NCBI GenBank assembly: GCA_963848295.1 | Contig: CAWKDB010000010.1 | Location: 4,544,001 to 4,608,000 of the forward strand | DNA length: 64,000 nt | Direction: 5' to 3' | From: an uncultured delta proteobacterium | GTDB taxonomy: Bacteria > Myxococcota_A > Polyangia > Haliangiales > Haliangiaceae | Part shown: piece after piece, positions 39,274 through 50,978 of the stretch | Position numbering within the stretch: position 1 is the first letter of the stretch | How the letters are laid out: every line of letters begins with the position of its first letter | The notes under the pieces: generated by a model | What the model saw: only the letters and a program-made list of their open reading frames with translations | Databases searched by the model: none | What the model was told of the DNA's origin: nothing | Program-made: the position numbers and the translations under genes

Positions 39274-40045
39274 TCAGGCAGCAGATGGCCTCGCGCTCGG
39301 CGAAGAGAGCGCCGGTGCCGGTGCGCTCGGGTTGATCGGCGCCGCGGCGGTGTTCGCGGTCGCGATCGTGTTCTTCGTCGCGGAGAGCTACTTCCTCGCG
39401 ATGTTGCTAGTGTCGTTCGCGTTGCTCGTCTATTCGGCGGGAGGCGAGCTCGGCAAGCTCGTGCGCGCCTCGTTCACCGTGTTTTTCTCCGGTCGCCACC
39501 TGATCCGCAACGCGACCTACGTCCAAGACACCGTGACCGCGTTGCGCAAGTTCCTCTACATGAAGCGCGACGACGCCGGCTGGATCAAGGTCGGCCCGAT
39601 CGAGCCCGGGACGAAAGCGAAGCTCCCCGACAATCCGCTCGTCCGCGAGATCCAAGCGGTGCTCAAGCGCAAGAAGGGCAAGGAGTACGCCGAGTACGTC
39701 GCACATCAATACTACGTCGACTGCCGCGAGCTCTACGACCACCTGCACGCGCACCTCGACTTCGTCGCGAACGTGATGCCGCTGTTCGGCCTGATCGGCA
39801 CGGTGATCGGCCTGATCGGCATGTTCGATCGCCTCGGATCGAACACGTCGGTCGAGAACCTCGCGCCGGAGCTCGCGATCTCGCTGCAGTGCACGCTGTA
39901 CGGCGCGATCTTGGCGTCGGTCTACATGAGCATGGCGTCGCGGTTCGATCAGCGGATCAAGGCGCTCGAGTACGACTACGACATCCTCGTGCACTCGCTC
40001 GACGTGTTGGTCGAGAACGGCGCGGAGATCGAGATCGCGGCATGA
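39257..40045 (+). CDS. MotA/TolQ/ExbB-family ion-channel subunit
   Basis: MPLFGLIGTVIGLI and LQCTLYG motifs; two N-terminal TMs. Confidence 0.88.
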   Translation: MAKQSSQAADGLALGEESAGAGALGLIGAAAVFAVAIVFFVAESYFLAMLLVSFALLVYSAGGELGKLVRASFTVFFSGRHLIRNATYVQDTVTALRKFLYMKRDDAGWIKVGPIEPGTKAKLPDNPLVREIQAVLKRKKGKEYAEYVAHQYYVDCRELYDHLHAHLDFVANVMPLFGLIGTVIGLIGMFDRLGSNTSVENLAPELAISLQCTLYGAILASVYMSMASRFDQRIKALEYDYDILVHSLDVLVENGAEIEIAA

Positions 40046-40632
40046 GACGCCGGACGCGTCCGTCGGGGAAGCGCAGTCACGGCGCGCTGTGGTCGATCAT
40101 CTACATCGATCTGATGACGCAGATCATGGCGTTCTTCGTGATCGTCTGGGCGGTCGAGCACGGCACGAAGCTGTTGAAGACGCCGAACCTCGGCACCGGC
40201 GTCGGCATGGGCGACCAGACCGCGCGCATGGTCGACTTGCCGGGCGACGTGTTGTTCGCGTCCGGCCAGGTCGCGATGGCGCCCGAGGGCAAGGCGATCC
40301 TCGACAAGCTGTTCGGCGACGAGGCGAGCGGTGTGCTGAGCTTCGATCAAGGCGGGCTCGCCGATCGCAAGCTGGTCATCCACGGCCACACCGACGACGT
40401 CGGGCCGAAAGACAAGAACCTCGAGCTCGGCTATCAACGCGCGTATGCGGTGTACGAAGAGATCAAGAAGCACTCGAAGGAGCTGCCCGATCACGTGATC
40501 CTGTGCACCCACGCCGATAACACCCCGGCGCAGAGCCTGTCCGGCGACAAGGAAGCGGCGCGCGCCAAGAATCGGCGGATCACGATCGAGGATCTCGTGG
40601 TCGCCAAACCATCGGCTGCCCAAGCGCGATGA
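40042..40632 (+). CDS. MotB-like protein with OmpA-type peptidoglycan-binding domain
   Basis: TM WSIIYIDLMTQIMAFFV with conserved Asp; GHTD, QRAYAV and NRRI motifs. Confidence 0.88.
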   Translation: MRRRTRPSGKRSHGALWSIIYIDLMTQIMAFFVIVWAVEHGTKLLKTPNLGTGVGMGDQTARMVDLPGDVLFASGQVAMAPEGKAILDKLFGDEASGVLSFDQGGLADRKLVIHGHTDDVGPKDKNLELGYQRAYAVYEEIKKHSKELPDHVILCTHADNTPAQSLSGDKEAARAKNRRITIEDLVVAKPSAAQAR

Positions 40633-42248
40633 CCGGGTTCGGGCTCAAGAGCGCGAGTGCGATCGTCGTGGCGGGGTTGCTCGTCGCGATCGCGGCCGTG
40701 CGCGGAGCGCTCGCGCCCGAGCATCTCGCGCATCTCGGTGCGCCGGCGTGCTGGACGATCGGGCTCGTCGCCGCGCTCGGCACCGCGCTCGTGATGCAAG
40801 GGTGGCACCCGGCGGTCGCGAGCCGCACCGCGATCGCGCTGCACGCACACCGGCTCGCGATCATCGAGGGTGTGGTGCCCCGCGAGCTGCCCGCGTTCGC
40901 CCAGCGCGCCTTGTTGTTCATCGGCATCGCGTGCGTCGCGGTCAGCGCGCTCGGCAATCACGCGGCGGCCAAGCTCGCGGCGCTGCCCGGCGAGCTCGCG
41001 TCTCCATCACCGTCGCGCTACTGCTTGCCGAAGGTCGCGGCGGCACCCGCGGCCAAAGCTGCGCCAGCGCCGGTGCCGATCGAGCAACCAGGCTGCGCGC
41101 TCGTCAAGCGCGCGTTCCAGCTCGGCTACGCGAAGACGCTCGGCTCGTGTGCGCCGAAGGTCGCGGTGGCGACGCCCGACGCGCCGGTCGCGACGAAGCC
41201 CGAGGTCTGCGAGCGGCGTCAGCTCGACGAGCCGTTCCTGCACTTCGCGGCGCGGCGGCTCGCCGGCGCGTTCGGCGATGCCGTCGCGGAGTCGCCGATC
41301 GCGCGGATCGAGCATCGCGCCGCCGACGTGCGCACCCACATCGATTACCTCGGCGGCCTCGTCGCTGATATCCACTCCGCGATCGAGGGCAGCCCGCACG
41401 CGGCGCATCACATCTGGATCAACCTGCCCGATCCGCATCCCACGAAGCTGATCGAGCACTTCACCGGCGAGCCGCGCTGCTCGACCCGGTTCGCGAGCCT
41501 CCCGCTGTGGCCGAGCTGGCACGCGGGTGACGAGTCGCGCGTCGTCGAGCACGTGCTCGGCCAGCTGTTGTTCGCGACGCGGTTTGGCACGACCGCGAGC
41601 TGCAACGACTACACGATCCATTGGGATGCACCGGCGGATGCGTGCGCCAAGTTGCGCGCGGCACCGACCACATTTGCCACGGCGAGCGTCGGCGCGGTGC
41701 TCGATCGCCGGAAACGTCAACTCGAGCTCGGCGAGCTCGCGAAGCGCCTCGGCCGCACGCCACCGCTCGCTCCGCCGCCGGCCGATGCGATCGTCAGCTT
41801 CGCGTGTCTCTCGGTCGGCGCGGCGAAGCCGGCGACCGGCACGACCGTGCAGATCGACGGCGAGACGATCAGCGTGCGCGAGGTCGGCATCGCGGCGGTG
41901 AAGCCGACCGGTGACGGTCCGATCGATGTCTACCTCGCGCTCGCGGCGATGCTCGGCGGTACCGCCGTCTTGCCGGCACCACGCGGCGCCGCGCCGACGC
42001 CGGCCGAGCTCGACGGCGACGACTTCTCGCTGACCCGCCTCGACGCGCTCACGTTCGCGGATCCGTTCTATGGAACCGCACCGCCATCCGGCGGTGCTGA
42101 CGGCGCGGGGCAGGCCCGCACCGTCGAGGGCACGCGGTGGCCGCTCGATCGCCCCGATCTGGTCCCGGTGTTTCCGTTCGAGCCTCATCTCCACGCGTTC
42201 ATCGAGACGTTTCGCCGCGGCTATCTCGCACAACGAGGTCGACTGTGA
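40629..42248 (+). CDS. Membrane protein with large Cys-containing extracytoplasmic domain
   Basis: About three N-terminal TMs; ATGA/GTGA coupling at both ends. Confidence 0.75.
   Translation: MTGFGLKSASAIVVAGLLVAIAAVRGALAPEHLAHLGAPACWTIGLVAALGTALVMQGWHPAVASRTAIALHAHRLAIIEGVVPRELPAFAQRALLFIGIACVAVSALGNHAAAKLAALPGELASPSPSRYCLPKVAAAPAAKAAPAPVPIEQPGCALVKRAFQLGYAKTLGSCAPKVAVATPDAPVATKPEVCERRQLDEPFLHFAARRLAGAFGDAVAESPIARIEHRAADVRTHIDYLGGLVADIHSAIEGSPHAAHHIWINLPDPHPTKLIEHFTGEPRCSTRFASLPLWPSWHAGDESRVVEHVLGQLLFATRFGTTASCNDYTIHWDAPADACAKLRAAPTTFATASVGAVLDRRKRQLELGELAKRLGRTPPLAPPPADAIVSFACLSVGAAKPATGTTVQIDGETISVREVGIAAVKPTGDGPIDVYLALAAMLGGTAVLPAPRGAAPTPAELDGDDFSLTRLDALTFADPFYGTAPPSGGADGAGQARTVEGTRWPLDRPDLVPVFPFEPHLHAFIETFRRGYLAQRGRL
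42073..42126 (+). repeat. 54-bp double-hairpin element in frame within a CDS (TAPPSGGADGAGQARTV)
   Basis: 44/54 identical to 50724-50777 by manual alignment. Confidence 0.85.
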
Positions 42249-42802
42249 AGGCGCTCGCGCTGCTCGTTATTTTCACCGCGACAACAGCAGCGGCGCCCGA
42301 TCGCGCCGCGTACGTCGGTCGTGCGCTGGCCGCGGTCGAGCAGCTCGGTGCCGGGCGCGACGCGCTCGCCGCGAAGATCTACACGGCGGCGCGCACGCAG
42401 TGTCACTCCGACAATGCCGCTCCGACGATCGCGTGCCTGATCGACGCGGCTCGCGCGCAGTGCGCGGGCGATGCCTCGTGCCTCCCCGCCGCCGACGTGA
42501 TCGCCACGAACTTGCGCTCGGTCGATGCGTTCGTCGACGAGGTCACCCGGGTCCGCTTGCTGCGCTCGAGCGCCGATTATCGCGTCGCGCTCGCCGCCGA
42601 GCTGCGCCGCCGCTACGGCGTGCTCGCCGCCGAGCTCGTGCTCGCGGGCGGCAGCGACGAAGCGCGCGCGATCGACCAGCTGTGCATGCACCGAGACGCC
42701 GCGGTCCACGTCTGCGAGCCCGGCGCGACCGACTGCATCCCGAGCGTGCCTTACGCGCGTTGCGTCGCGGCGCTGGTCTGGTACGTAGGAGGCGCGCCAT
42801 GA
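42245..42802 (+). CDS. Secreted 8-Cys helical protein
   Basis: GTG overlapping the upstream stop; signal peptide; eight Cys. Confidence 0.75.
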   Translation: MKALALLVIFTATTAAAPDRAAYVGRALAAVEQLGAGRDALAAKIYTAARTQCHSDNAAPTIACLIDAARAQCAGDASCLPAADVIATNLRSVDAFVDEVTRVRLLRSSADYRVALAAELRRRYGVLAAELVLAGGSDEARAIDQLCMHRDAAVHVCEPGATDCIPSVPYARCVAALVWYVGGAP

Positions 42803-44034
42803 GTCAGGCCTTGCGTGATCTCGTCCGCGCCGAGACCGATCGGCTCAAGCAAGCCGGTCTATACAAGCGCGAGGTCGTGTTCTCGCGCTCGGGCGGCATG
42901 GCCGCCGGCGGCATGGTCGACGGCCGCGAGGGCCAGCCGGTCGTGAACTACACGACCCACGATTTTCTCGGGCTGTCGGTCGATCCACAACTGCAGCAAG
43001 CCGCGATCGATGCGGTCCGCAAGTACGGCGTCGGCTTGTCGTCGCAACGGGTGATGTGCGGCACGCTCGATATCCACAAGGAGCTCGAGGAGTGGCTGCG
43101 CGGCTTTCTCAAGGTCGAAGACGTGATCCTCTACGGCTCGGGCTATCACGCGAACATCGGCGTGTTCGCGCCGCTGTTCGGCGCGAAGGACTGCATCATC
43201 TGCGACGGCGGTGTCCATCCGAGCCTCGCCGAAGGTGCGCGACTCGCCGGCGCGCGGCTCGTCACGTTTCGTAGCAACGATCCGGATGACCTCGAAGACA
43301 TCTTGCGGCGCTCGCGCTGGGCGCGGTTCCGCGCGGTCGTCACGAACGGCGTGCATCCGTTCACCGGCCGGCTGTCCGACCTCGGCGCGATCTGCGATCT
43401 CGCGGAGAAGTACGACGCGCTCGTCGTCGTCGACGATGCGCTCGGCCTCGGCGTGCTCGGCGATCGCGGCCGCGGCAGCGCGAGTCACGCCGGCGTCACC
43501 GACCGCGTGCACATCGTCACCGGCACGTTCAGCAAGGCGCTCGGCGGCGCGACCGGCGGCTTCGCGGCGGGCCCGCGCGAGATCATCGATTGGCTGCGCC
43601 AGAAGTCATCGCCGTACATGTTCTCCGCCGCGTTGCCGCCGCCGATGGCCGCGGTCGCGATGGCGGCGCTGCAGATCCTCGAGAGCGGCGAGGCGCCGTT
43701 GCCCGGCCTGCGCGACAACGTGAAGGCGTTGTGGGACGGCCTGGTCGAACGCAACTTCCGCGTGCTCGGAACCGGCGAGCATCCGCTGCTCGTGGTCGAG
43801 CTTGGCCGCTACGAGATCCTGCGCGAGGCGATCAACATCCTCTACGACGGCGGCATCTACTGCCACGGCCTGTGCTACCCGGTCGTGCCCGAAGGCGAGG
43901 CGCGGATTCGCTTGATGGTGTCGGCGCTGCACTCTGCCGAGCATATCCAGCAGACGCTCAAGGCGTTCGAGTCGACGAAGCAAGTCGCGTCGTTCGCGGT
44001 CGACGCGATGGACGTGCTGACCGGATTGTTATGA
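42799..44034 (+). CDS. PLP-dependent alpha-oxoamine synthase family (Kbl/BioF/SPT-like), divergent
   Basis: AGLYKRE, CGTLDIHKELE, GTFSKALGG and YPVVP..EARIR motifs; AGGAGG RBS. Confidence 0.9.
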   Translation: MSQALRDLVRAETDRLKQAGLYKREVVFSRSGGMAAGGMVDGREGQPVVNYTTHDFLGLSVDPQLQQAAIDAVRKYGVGLSSQRVMCGTLDIHKELEEWLRGFLKVEDVILYGSGYHANIGVFAPLFGAKDCIICDGGVHPSLAEGARLAGARLVTFRSNDPDDLEDILRRSRWARFRAVVTNGVHPFTGRLSDLGAICDLAEKYDALVVVDDALGLGVLGDRGRGSASHAGVTDRVHIVTGTFSKALGGATGGFAAGPREIIDWLRQKSSPYMFSAALPPPMAAVAMAALQILESGEAPLPGLRDNVKALWDGLVERNFRVLGTGEHPLLVVELGRYEILREAINILYDGGIYCHGLCYPVVPEGEARIRLMVSALHSAEHIQQTLKAFESTKQVASFAVDAMDVLTGLL

Positions 44035-44684
44035 GGCTCGTGCTCGCGTTCTTGTTCGCGTGCGGTGCGGGCGCGACAGCGCCGGTCGCGAATCACACGA
44101 CCGCGGTGACGAGCGCCGAGTCGGTGGAGCAGATCTTGCGCGGGATGGCCGCGGCGTACGCGCACCTCGCGACGTTCGCGGAAGACGGATCGATCAAGAC
44201 GGTCGCCGAGGCTCACGGCGACGTTCGAGGCGACATGCAGTTCCACACCGCGAGCGTCGCGCGGGGCGCGTTCCGGATGGAGAGCGGCGGCGCGATCGCG
44301 TGGTCTGATGGCAATCGCAGCCGCCTCGTCGTCGGCAGCCTCGAGATCCCGCTCGTCGATCGACCGATGAACCTCGCGACCGACGACTTCGAGCAGCTGA
44401 CGTTGAAGCAGTGGGCCGAAGGCGACTCGGAGCTCATGCACCTGACGAACCCGCGGCTCGTCGGTGTGGAGCCGCGCGATGGTGCCTCGTGCTGGCACGT
44501 CACCGGCAACGCGGGGCGCTTCGACGTGTGGATCGATCAGCGCGACCATCGCGTCCGCGAGGTGATCACCCGCGTCGACGGCACCGAGCTCGACACGGAG
44601 AAGCTGATGTACGACGCCCATTTTCGCGTCGCCGCCCACCCGATCTCGACGGCCGAGCCGCCGCCCGCCCAGCCGGTGCCTTGA
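44031..44684 (+). CDS. Lipoprotein, LolA-like fold suspected
   Basis: LFAC lipobox; shares WSDG, G.E..DG..CW and WID motifs with the N-domain of the next gene. Confidence 0.7.
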   Translation: MRLVLAFLFACGAGATAPVANHTTAVTSAESVEQILRGMAAAYAHLATFAEDGSIKTVAEAHGDVRGDMQFHTASVARGAFRMESGGAIAWSDGNRSRLVVGSLEIPLVDRPMNLATDDFEQLTLKQWAEGDSELMHLTNPRLVGVEPRDGASCWHVTGNAGRFDVWIDQRDHRVREVITRVDGTELDTEKLMYDAHFRVAAHPISTAEPPPAQPVP

Positions 44685-46089
44685 CCGCGGGAATGCGCTG
44701 CTATGCTTACGGCGTGAGCAGCGCACGCGTCGCCGTGGTCGGGTTGGTCGCGGCGTGCGCGCACCCGGTCGCGGCGAAGCCCCCGGCGACAGCCGCACAG
44801 GTGTTCGCGGCGATGCGCCATGTGTATGCCTCCGCGACGACGTATGTCGACCACGGCGACATCGCGGCCACCGTGCGCTCGGGCGCCAAGACGCAGACGA
44901 CGACCGGTACGTTCCGCACCGATCACGAGCGGCGCGGTCGGTTGCGGTTCGAGTATCAGGGCGCCGAGATGAGCCATCCGCTCGTCCTGTGGTCCGACGG
45001 CGCGACCGCGACGCAAGTCAGCGGCGACACCGAGAGCGAGCCAGCCTCCGAGAAGTTCGGCGGCTTCAACATCCTGACGAAGTACATCTCCGGGTTGGTC
45101 CTCGGCGAGCTGCGCAACGAGCCGGCGTCGCTCACCGAGGTCGATCACGCGCAGGTTCAGGGCGTCGAGTCGATCGATGGACATCCGTGCTGGAAGATCG
45201 CGGGCGCCGTTCACGGCGGAGCGCGGACCCTGTGGGTGGATCAGAGCAGCTTTGTCGTGCGCAAGCTGACCGAGCACGACCGGATCTCGGCGAGTGAGTC
45301 GGCCGACGTCGACCTGATGGCGCACTACGTGCCCGAGCTCGATGTCGCGATCGCGTCGGGCCGGCTCGATCGTCCAGCGCCCGATCCGCCACGCGAGCCT
45401 GAGCACCCGCAGTGGATCGGCGTCGGCTTTCATTCGGGCGGGGCGACGGTCGATCGCGTCTACAAAGACTCGCCGGCCGACACCGCGGGCTTTCGAGCCG
45501 GCGACGAGATCAAGAAGCTCGACGGTCAGCTGATCGACGTCACCAAGTTTCGCGAAGCGATGGCGACGTCGAGACCCGGCGCGGCGTTCGCGGTCACGGT
45601 CGAACGTGCGGGCCAAGAAGTCACGCTCCACGTCGCGCCGGCTCCGCGGCCCGAGCTCGCGACGTTGCAGCAAGGCCTCGTCGACAAGCCGGCGCCGCCG
45701 TTCGCGCTCGCGCGGATTTCCGGAACCGCGTCGCCGAAGCTCGCGGACCTCGCGGGCAACGTCGTCGTCGTCGACTTCTGGGCGACGTGGTGCGGTCCAT
45801 GTCGGATGTCGATGCCGCATCTCGACGCACTGTCCGCGAAGTACGCGACGAAAGGCCTGCGGATCATCGGCGTCACCGACGAGGACGCGGCGACGGTCAA
45901 CGAGTTCTTGAAGGCGAACCCGGTCGGCTACACGCTCGCGACCGATCCCGACGACGCGATCGCGAGCGCGTACCTCGTCCAAGGCTTGCCGACGTTGATG
46001 GTGCTCGATCGCTCCGGCGTCGTGCGTTACGAGCAAGTCGGCGTCGGCGACTTCGCCGCGCTCGACGGCGAGATCGCCGAGCTCCTCGC

Positions 46090-48251
<2,162 letters not shown>

Positions 48252-48255
<4 letters not shown>

Positions 48256-48485
48256 GGGTCGTCGATCCGGATCTGCGCCGCTTCGCTGCGTCGCATCGAC
48301 CATTGGCCGCCGCGGACCTCGATCTGGAGCGGGTCACCGAGCGGCGCGATCGCGACGATCCGCACGCCGATGCCAGGAACGAGCCCCATCTCGAGCAGGC
48401 GGCGTCGAAAGCTCCGCGTGCCATCGACCGCGCGGACCGTCGCGACCTGGCCGAGCGGGATCTCGGCGAGCGAGCGCGACGACAT
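48252..48485 (-). CDS. feoA: Ferrous iron transport protein A
   Basis: RRRLLEMGLVPG and APLGDP motifs. Confidence 0.93.
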
Positions 48486-48503
48486 GATCCAGCGGTAGCA
48501 TTC

Positions 48504-48520
48504 TTGAAAATCGTTTTCAA
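48504..48520. promoter_or_regulatory. Fur-box-like palindrome upstream of feoAB
   Basis: TTGAAAA-TCG-TTTTCAA, AT-rich, 18 bp upstream of the feoA ATG. Confidence 0.8.
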
Positions 48521-48539
48521 CTTCAAATCCAGAACCTTG

Positions 48540-48608
48540 CCCGGGACGGAGTAACCTTTGACACCTTGCGCCCCGGTGTCTGGTGTCAAAGGTTACTCCG
48601 TGCCCGGG
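48540..48608. repeat. Inverted pair of the GGGACG-N8-TTTGACACC repeat
   Basis: acggagtaacctttgacacc (48546-48565) and its exact reverse complement (48582-48601), 16-nt loop. Confidence 0.92.
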
Positions 48609-48660
48609 TATGTGCCCGAGATCGCACGATCTGGCGCAAATCTCGCGCGAGCCATCCGCG

Positions 48661-49218
48661 ATGCTAAATTCGAAGAGCGTGGACGCCGCTAACACATTGC
48701 TGCTCAATCAGGGGTTCGAGCCGATCAAGGTGATCTCGTGGCAGCGCGCGATCAGCTTGTTGTTCCTCGGCAAGGTCGAGGTCATCGAGGAATACGCCCA
48801 CGACATCCGGTCGGTGAACCTCGTGATCAAAGTACCTGCGGTCGTCCGGTTGCTGCGCGCGTTTCGCCGCCACGCGCGGCCCGTGAAGTTCTCCCGCGTC
48901 AACATCTACGCGCGCGATCACTACAAGTGCCAGTACTGCGGCAAGAAGGCGTCGCTGACCGAGCTGACCTACGACCACGTCGTGCCGCGGTCGCGCGGTG
49001 GACTCACCGACTGGATGAACATCGTCACCTGCTGCTACATCTGCAATCGCAAGAAGGGTGGGCGCACGCCGCAGGAAGCCGGCATGCGGTTGCTCGCTCA
49101 GCCCGCGCAACCGAACTGGGTGCCCGCGATCACGATCCGGATCTCGCTGCGCTCGGTGCCCGAAGCGTGGCGCGACTACTTGTATTGGACCGGCGAGCTC
49201 GACGCGTCGCCCGGCTAG
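48661..49218 (+). CDS. HNH endonuclease (McrA-like, Zn-binding)
   Basis: RDHYKCQYCG, DHVVPRSRGG and CCYICNRKKG motifs. Confidence 0.93.
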   Translation: MLNSKSVDAANTLLLNQGFEPIKVISWQRAISLLFLGKVEVIEEYAHDIRSVNLVIKVPAVVRLLRAFRRHARPVKFSRVNIYARDHYKCQYCGKKASLTELTYDHVVPRSRGGLTDWMNIVTCCYICNRKKGGRTPQEAGMRLLAQPAQPNWVPAITIRISLRSVPEAWRDYLYWTGELDASPG

Positions 49219-49221
49219 ACG

Positions 49222-49337
49222 TGGGGACGCTGTCTCTATTGTCAACTTAGGCGGCTAAGTCACGGATTCGTGGTGACGACCGAGTTGGATCGTGGTGACG
49301 AGAGGGGAGTAAGTTGACAAAAGAGACAGCGTCACCA
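49222..49337. repeat. Inverted pair of the GGGACG-N8-WTTGTCAAC repeat
   Basis: tggggacgctgtctctattgtcaactta (49222-49249) vs taagttgacaaaagagacagcgtcacca (49310-49337), 26/28 complementary. Confidence 0.93.
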
Positions 49338-49357
49338 TTCGATGTAGTCTGCGCGGG

Positions 49358-50977
49358 ATGACCGTCCAGACGATCGCGCACGCCGCTCGCGACCTTGCCG
49401 ACCGCGCGATCGCCGCCGCTCGCGCCTTGCCCGGGGACCCCGACGATCGTCAGGTCGTCGTCGAGAAGGTCGCGTATGCCGCGACCGAAGCGCGCGTGAT
49501 CGACGAGCTCGTCGCAACGCCGGCGGAGCTCGCGCCCGCCGCCGCGGTCGCGATCGCGGAGCTCGCGGCGTCGCTCCGTCATCGCCTGGAGCCGATCGCG
49601 CCGGCCCTTGGGCTCGGCGAACTGCGCTATGGCGATGCCGCGCGCGCTGCGATCGCGGAGCTCGTCGCGCCGTCGGCGGTCGAGGCGATCGGCGCCGCCG
49701 CGCTCGCGGGCATGCCGGCATGGCCTCTCGACGAAACGCTCACCGAGGTTCGCAGCAACGTCCGTGCGTTCGCGGAACGCGAGGTCGCGCCCGCCGCCGA
49801 AAAGATCCACCGCCACGACGAGCTCGTGCCCGAGCGGTTCATCAGCGAGATGGCGAAGCTCGGCTACTTCGGCCTGTCGATCCCGGCGAAGTACGGCGGG
49901 TTCGAGCTCGGCAACCTCGCGATGATCCTCACGACCGAGGAGCTGTCGCGCGCGTCGCTCGCCGCCGCGGGCTCGCTGATCACGCGCCCCGAGATCCTCG
50001 CGAAGGCGTTGCTCGCCGGCGGCACCGAACCGCAGAAGCAGACCTGGTTGCCGCGCCTCGCGTCGGGCGAGGTGATGGCGGCGATCTCGGTGACCGAGCC
50101 CGACGTCGGTTCGGATGTCGCCCAGCTCGCGTGTCGCGCCGAGCGCGTCGCCGGCGGCTGGGAGATCACCGGCGCGAAGGCGTGGTGCACGTTCGCCGGT
50201 CGCGCCGACGTCATCGCGCTGCTCGCTCGCACAGGGCCCGGTGGCGCGCGCGGGCTGACGCTGTTCATCGTCGACAAGCCGCGGTTTCTCGGGCACGAGT
50301 TCACCGCGACCCAGCCGGGTGGCGGCACGTTGACCGGCAAAGCGGATCGCACGCTCGGTTATCGCGGCATGCACTCGTTCAGCCTCGCGTTCGATCGCTG
50401 GCTCGTGCCGGATACCCAAGTCGTCGGCGGTGACGATGGCGTCGGCCGCGGCTTCGCGCTGCAGATGACCGGATTCGCCGCCGGCCGGTTGCAGACCGGC
50501 GGTCGCGCGTGCGGGCTCGCACAGGCGGCGCTCGATCACACACTCCGCTATGTTGCGGCTCGTCGTCAGTTCGGTCGACCGACCGCCGAGTTCGAGCTTA
50601 CCCGCTACCACCTGGGACGGATGGCCTCTCGCCTCGTCGCAGCTCGAGCGATCACCTACGCGGCGGCGCACGCGATGGACGGCGACGACGGCGCGCGGGG
50701 CTCGGACGCCAACACCCTCGATCGAACCGCACCGCCCTTCGGCGGTGCTGCCGGCCGCGGGCAAGCCGCGACCGTCGCGGCGATGGCGAAGCTGTTCGCG
50801 AGCGACGTCGCGGTCGAAGTCACCCAGCTCGGTCAGCTCCTCCATGGCGGCTGGGGCTACGCCGAGGAGTACCCGATCAGCCGTTACGTCGCCGACGCGC
50901 TGGTCTTGCCGATCTTCGAGGGGGTCAAGCCGATCCTCGCGCTCAAGGTGATCGGTCGCGCGCTGCTTGGTTCGTGA
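49358..50977 (+). CDS. Acyl-CoA dehydrogenase with N-terminal extension
   Basis: TEPDVGSD, GAKAWCT, RRQFG, HGGWGY and IFEG motifs. Confidence 0.93.
   Translation: MTVQTIAHAARDLADRAIAAARALPGDPDDRQVVVEKVAYAATEARVIDELVATPAELAPAAAVAIAELAASLRHRLEPIAPALGLGELRYGDAARAAIAELVAPSAVEAIGAAALAGMPAWPLDETLTEVRSNVRAFAEREVAPAAEKIHRHDELVPERFISEMAKLGYFGLSIPAKYGGFELGNLAMILTTEELSRASLAAAGSLITRPEILAKALLAGGTEPQKQTWLPRLASGEVMAAISVTEPDVGSDVAQLACRAERVAGGWEITGAKAWCTFAGRADVIALLARTGPGGARGLTLFIVDKPRFLGHEFTATQPGGGTLTGKADRTLGYRGMHSFSLAFDRWLVPDTQVVGGDDGVGRGFALQMTGFAAGRLQTGGRACGLAQAALDHTLRYVAARRQFGRPTAEFELTRYHLGRMASRLVAARAITYAAAHAMDGDDGARGSDANTLDRTAPPFGGAAGRGQAATVAAMAKLFASDVAVEVTQLGQLLHGGWGYAEEYPISRYVADALVLPIFEGVKPILALKVIGRALLGS
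50724..50777 (+). repeat. 54-bp double-hairpin element in frame within the acyl-CoA dehydrogenase (TAPPFGGAAGRGQAATV)
   Basis: Homologous to 42073-42126; lies in an extended loop before AAMAKLFASD. Confidence 0.85.
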
Positions 50978-50978
50978 G

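Noticed and set aside
39257..40632. Canonical Zorya defence system or flagellar motAB
   Set aside because: The MotA-like protein lacks the long ZorA tail, and no ZorC/D/E or flagellar genes are adjacent.
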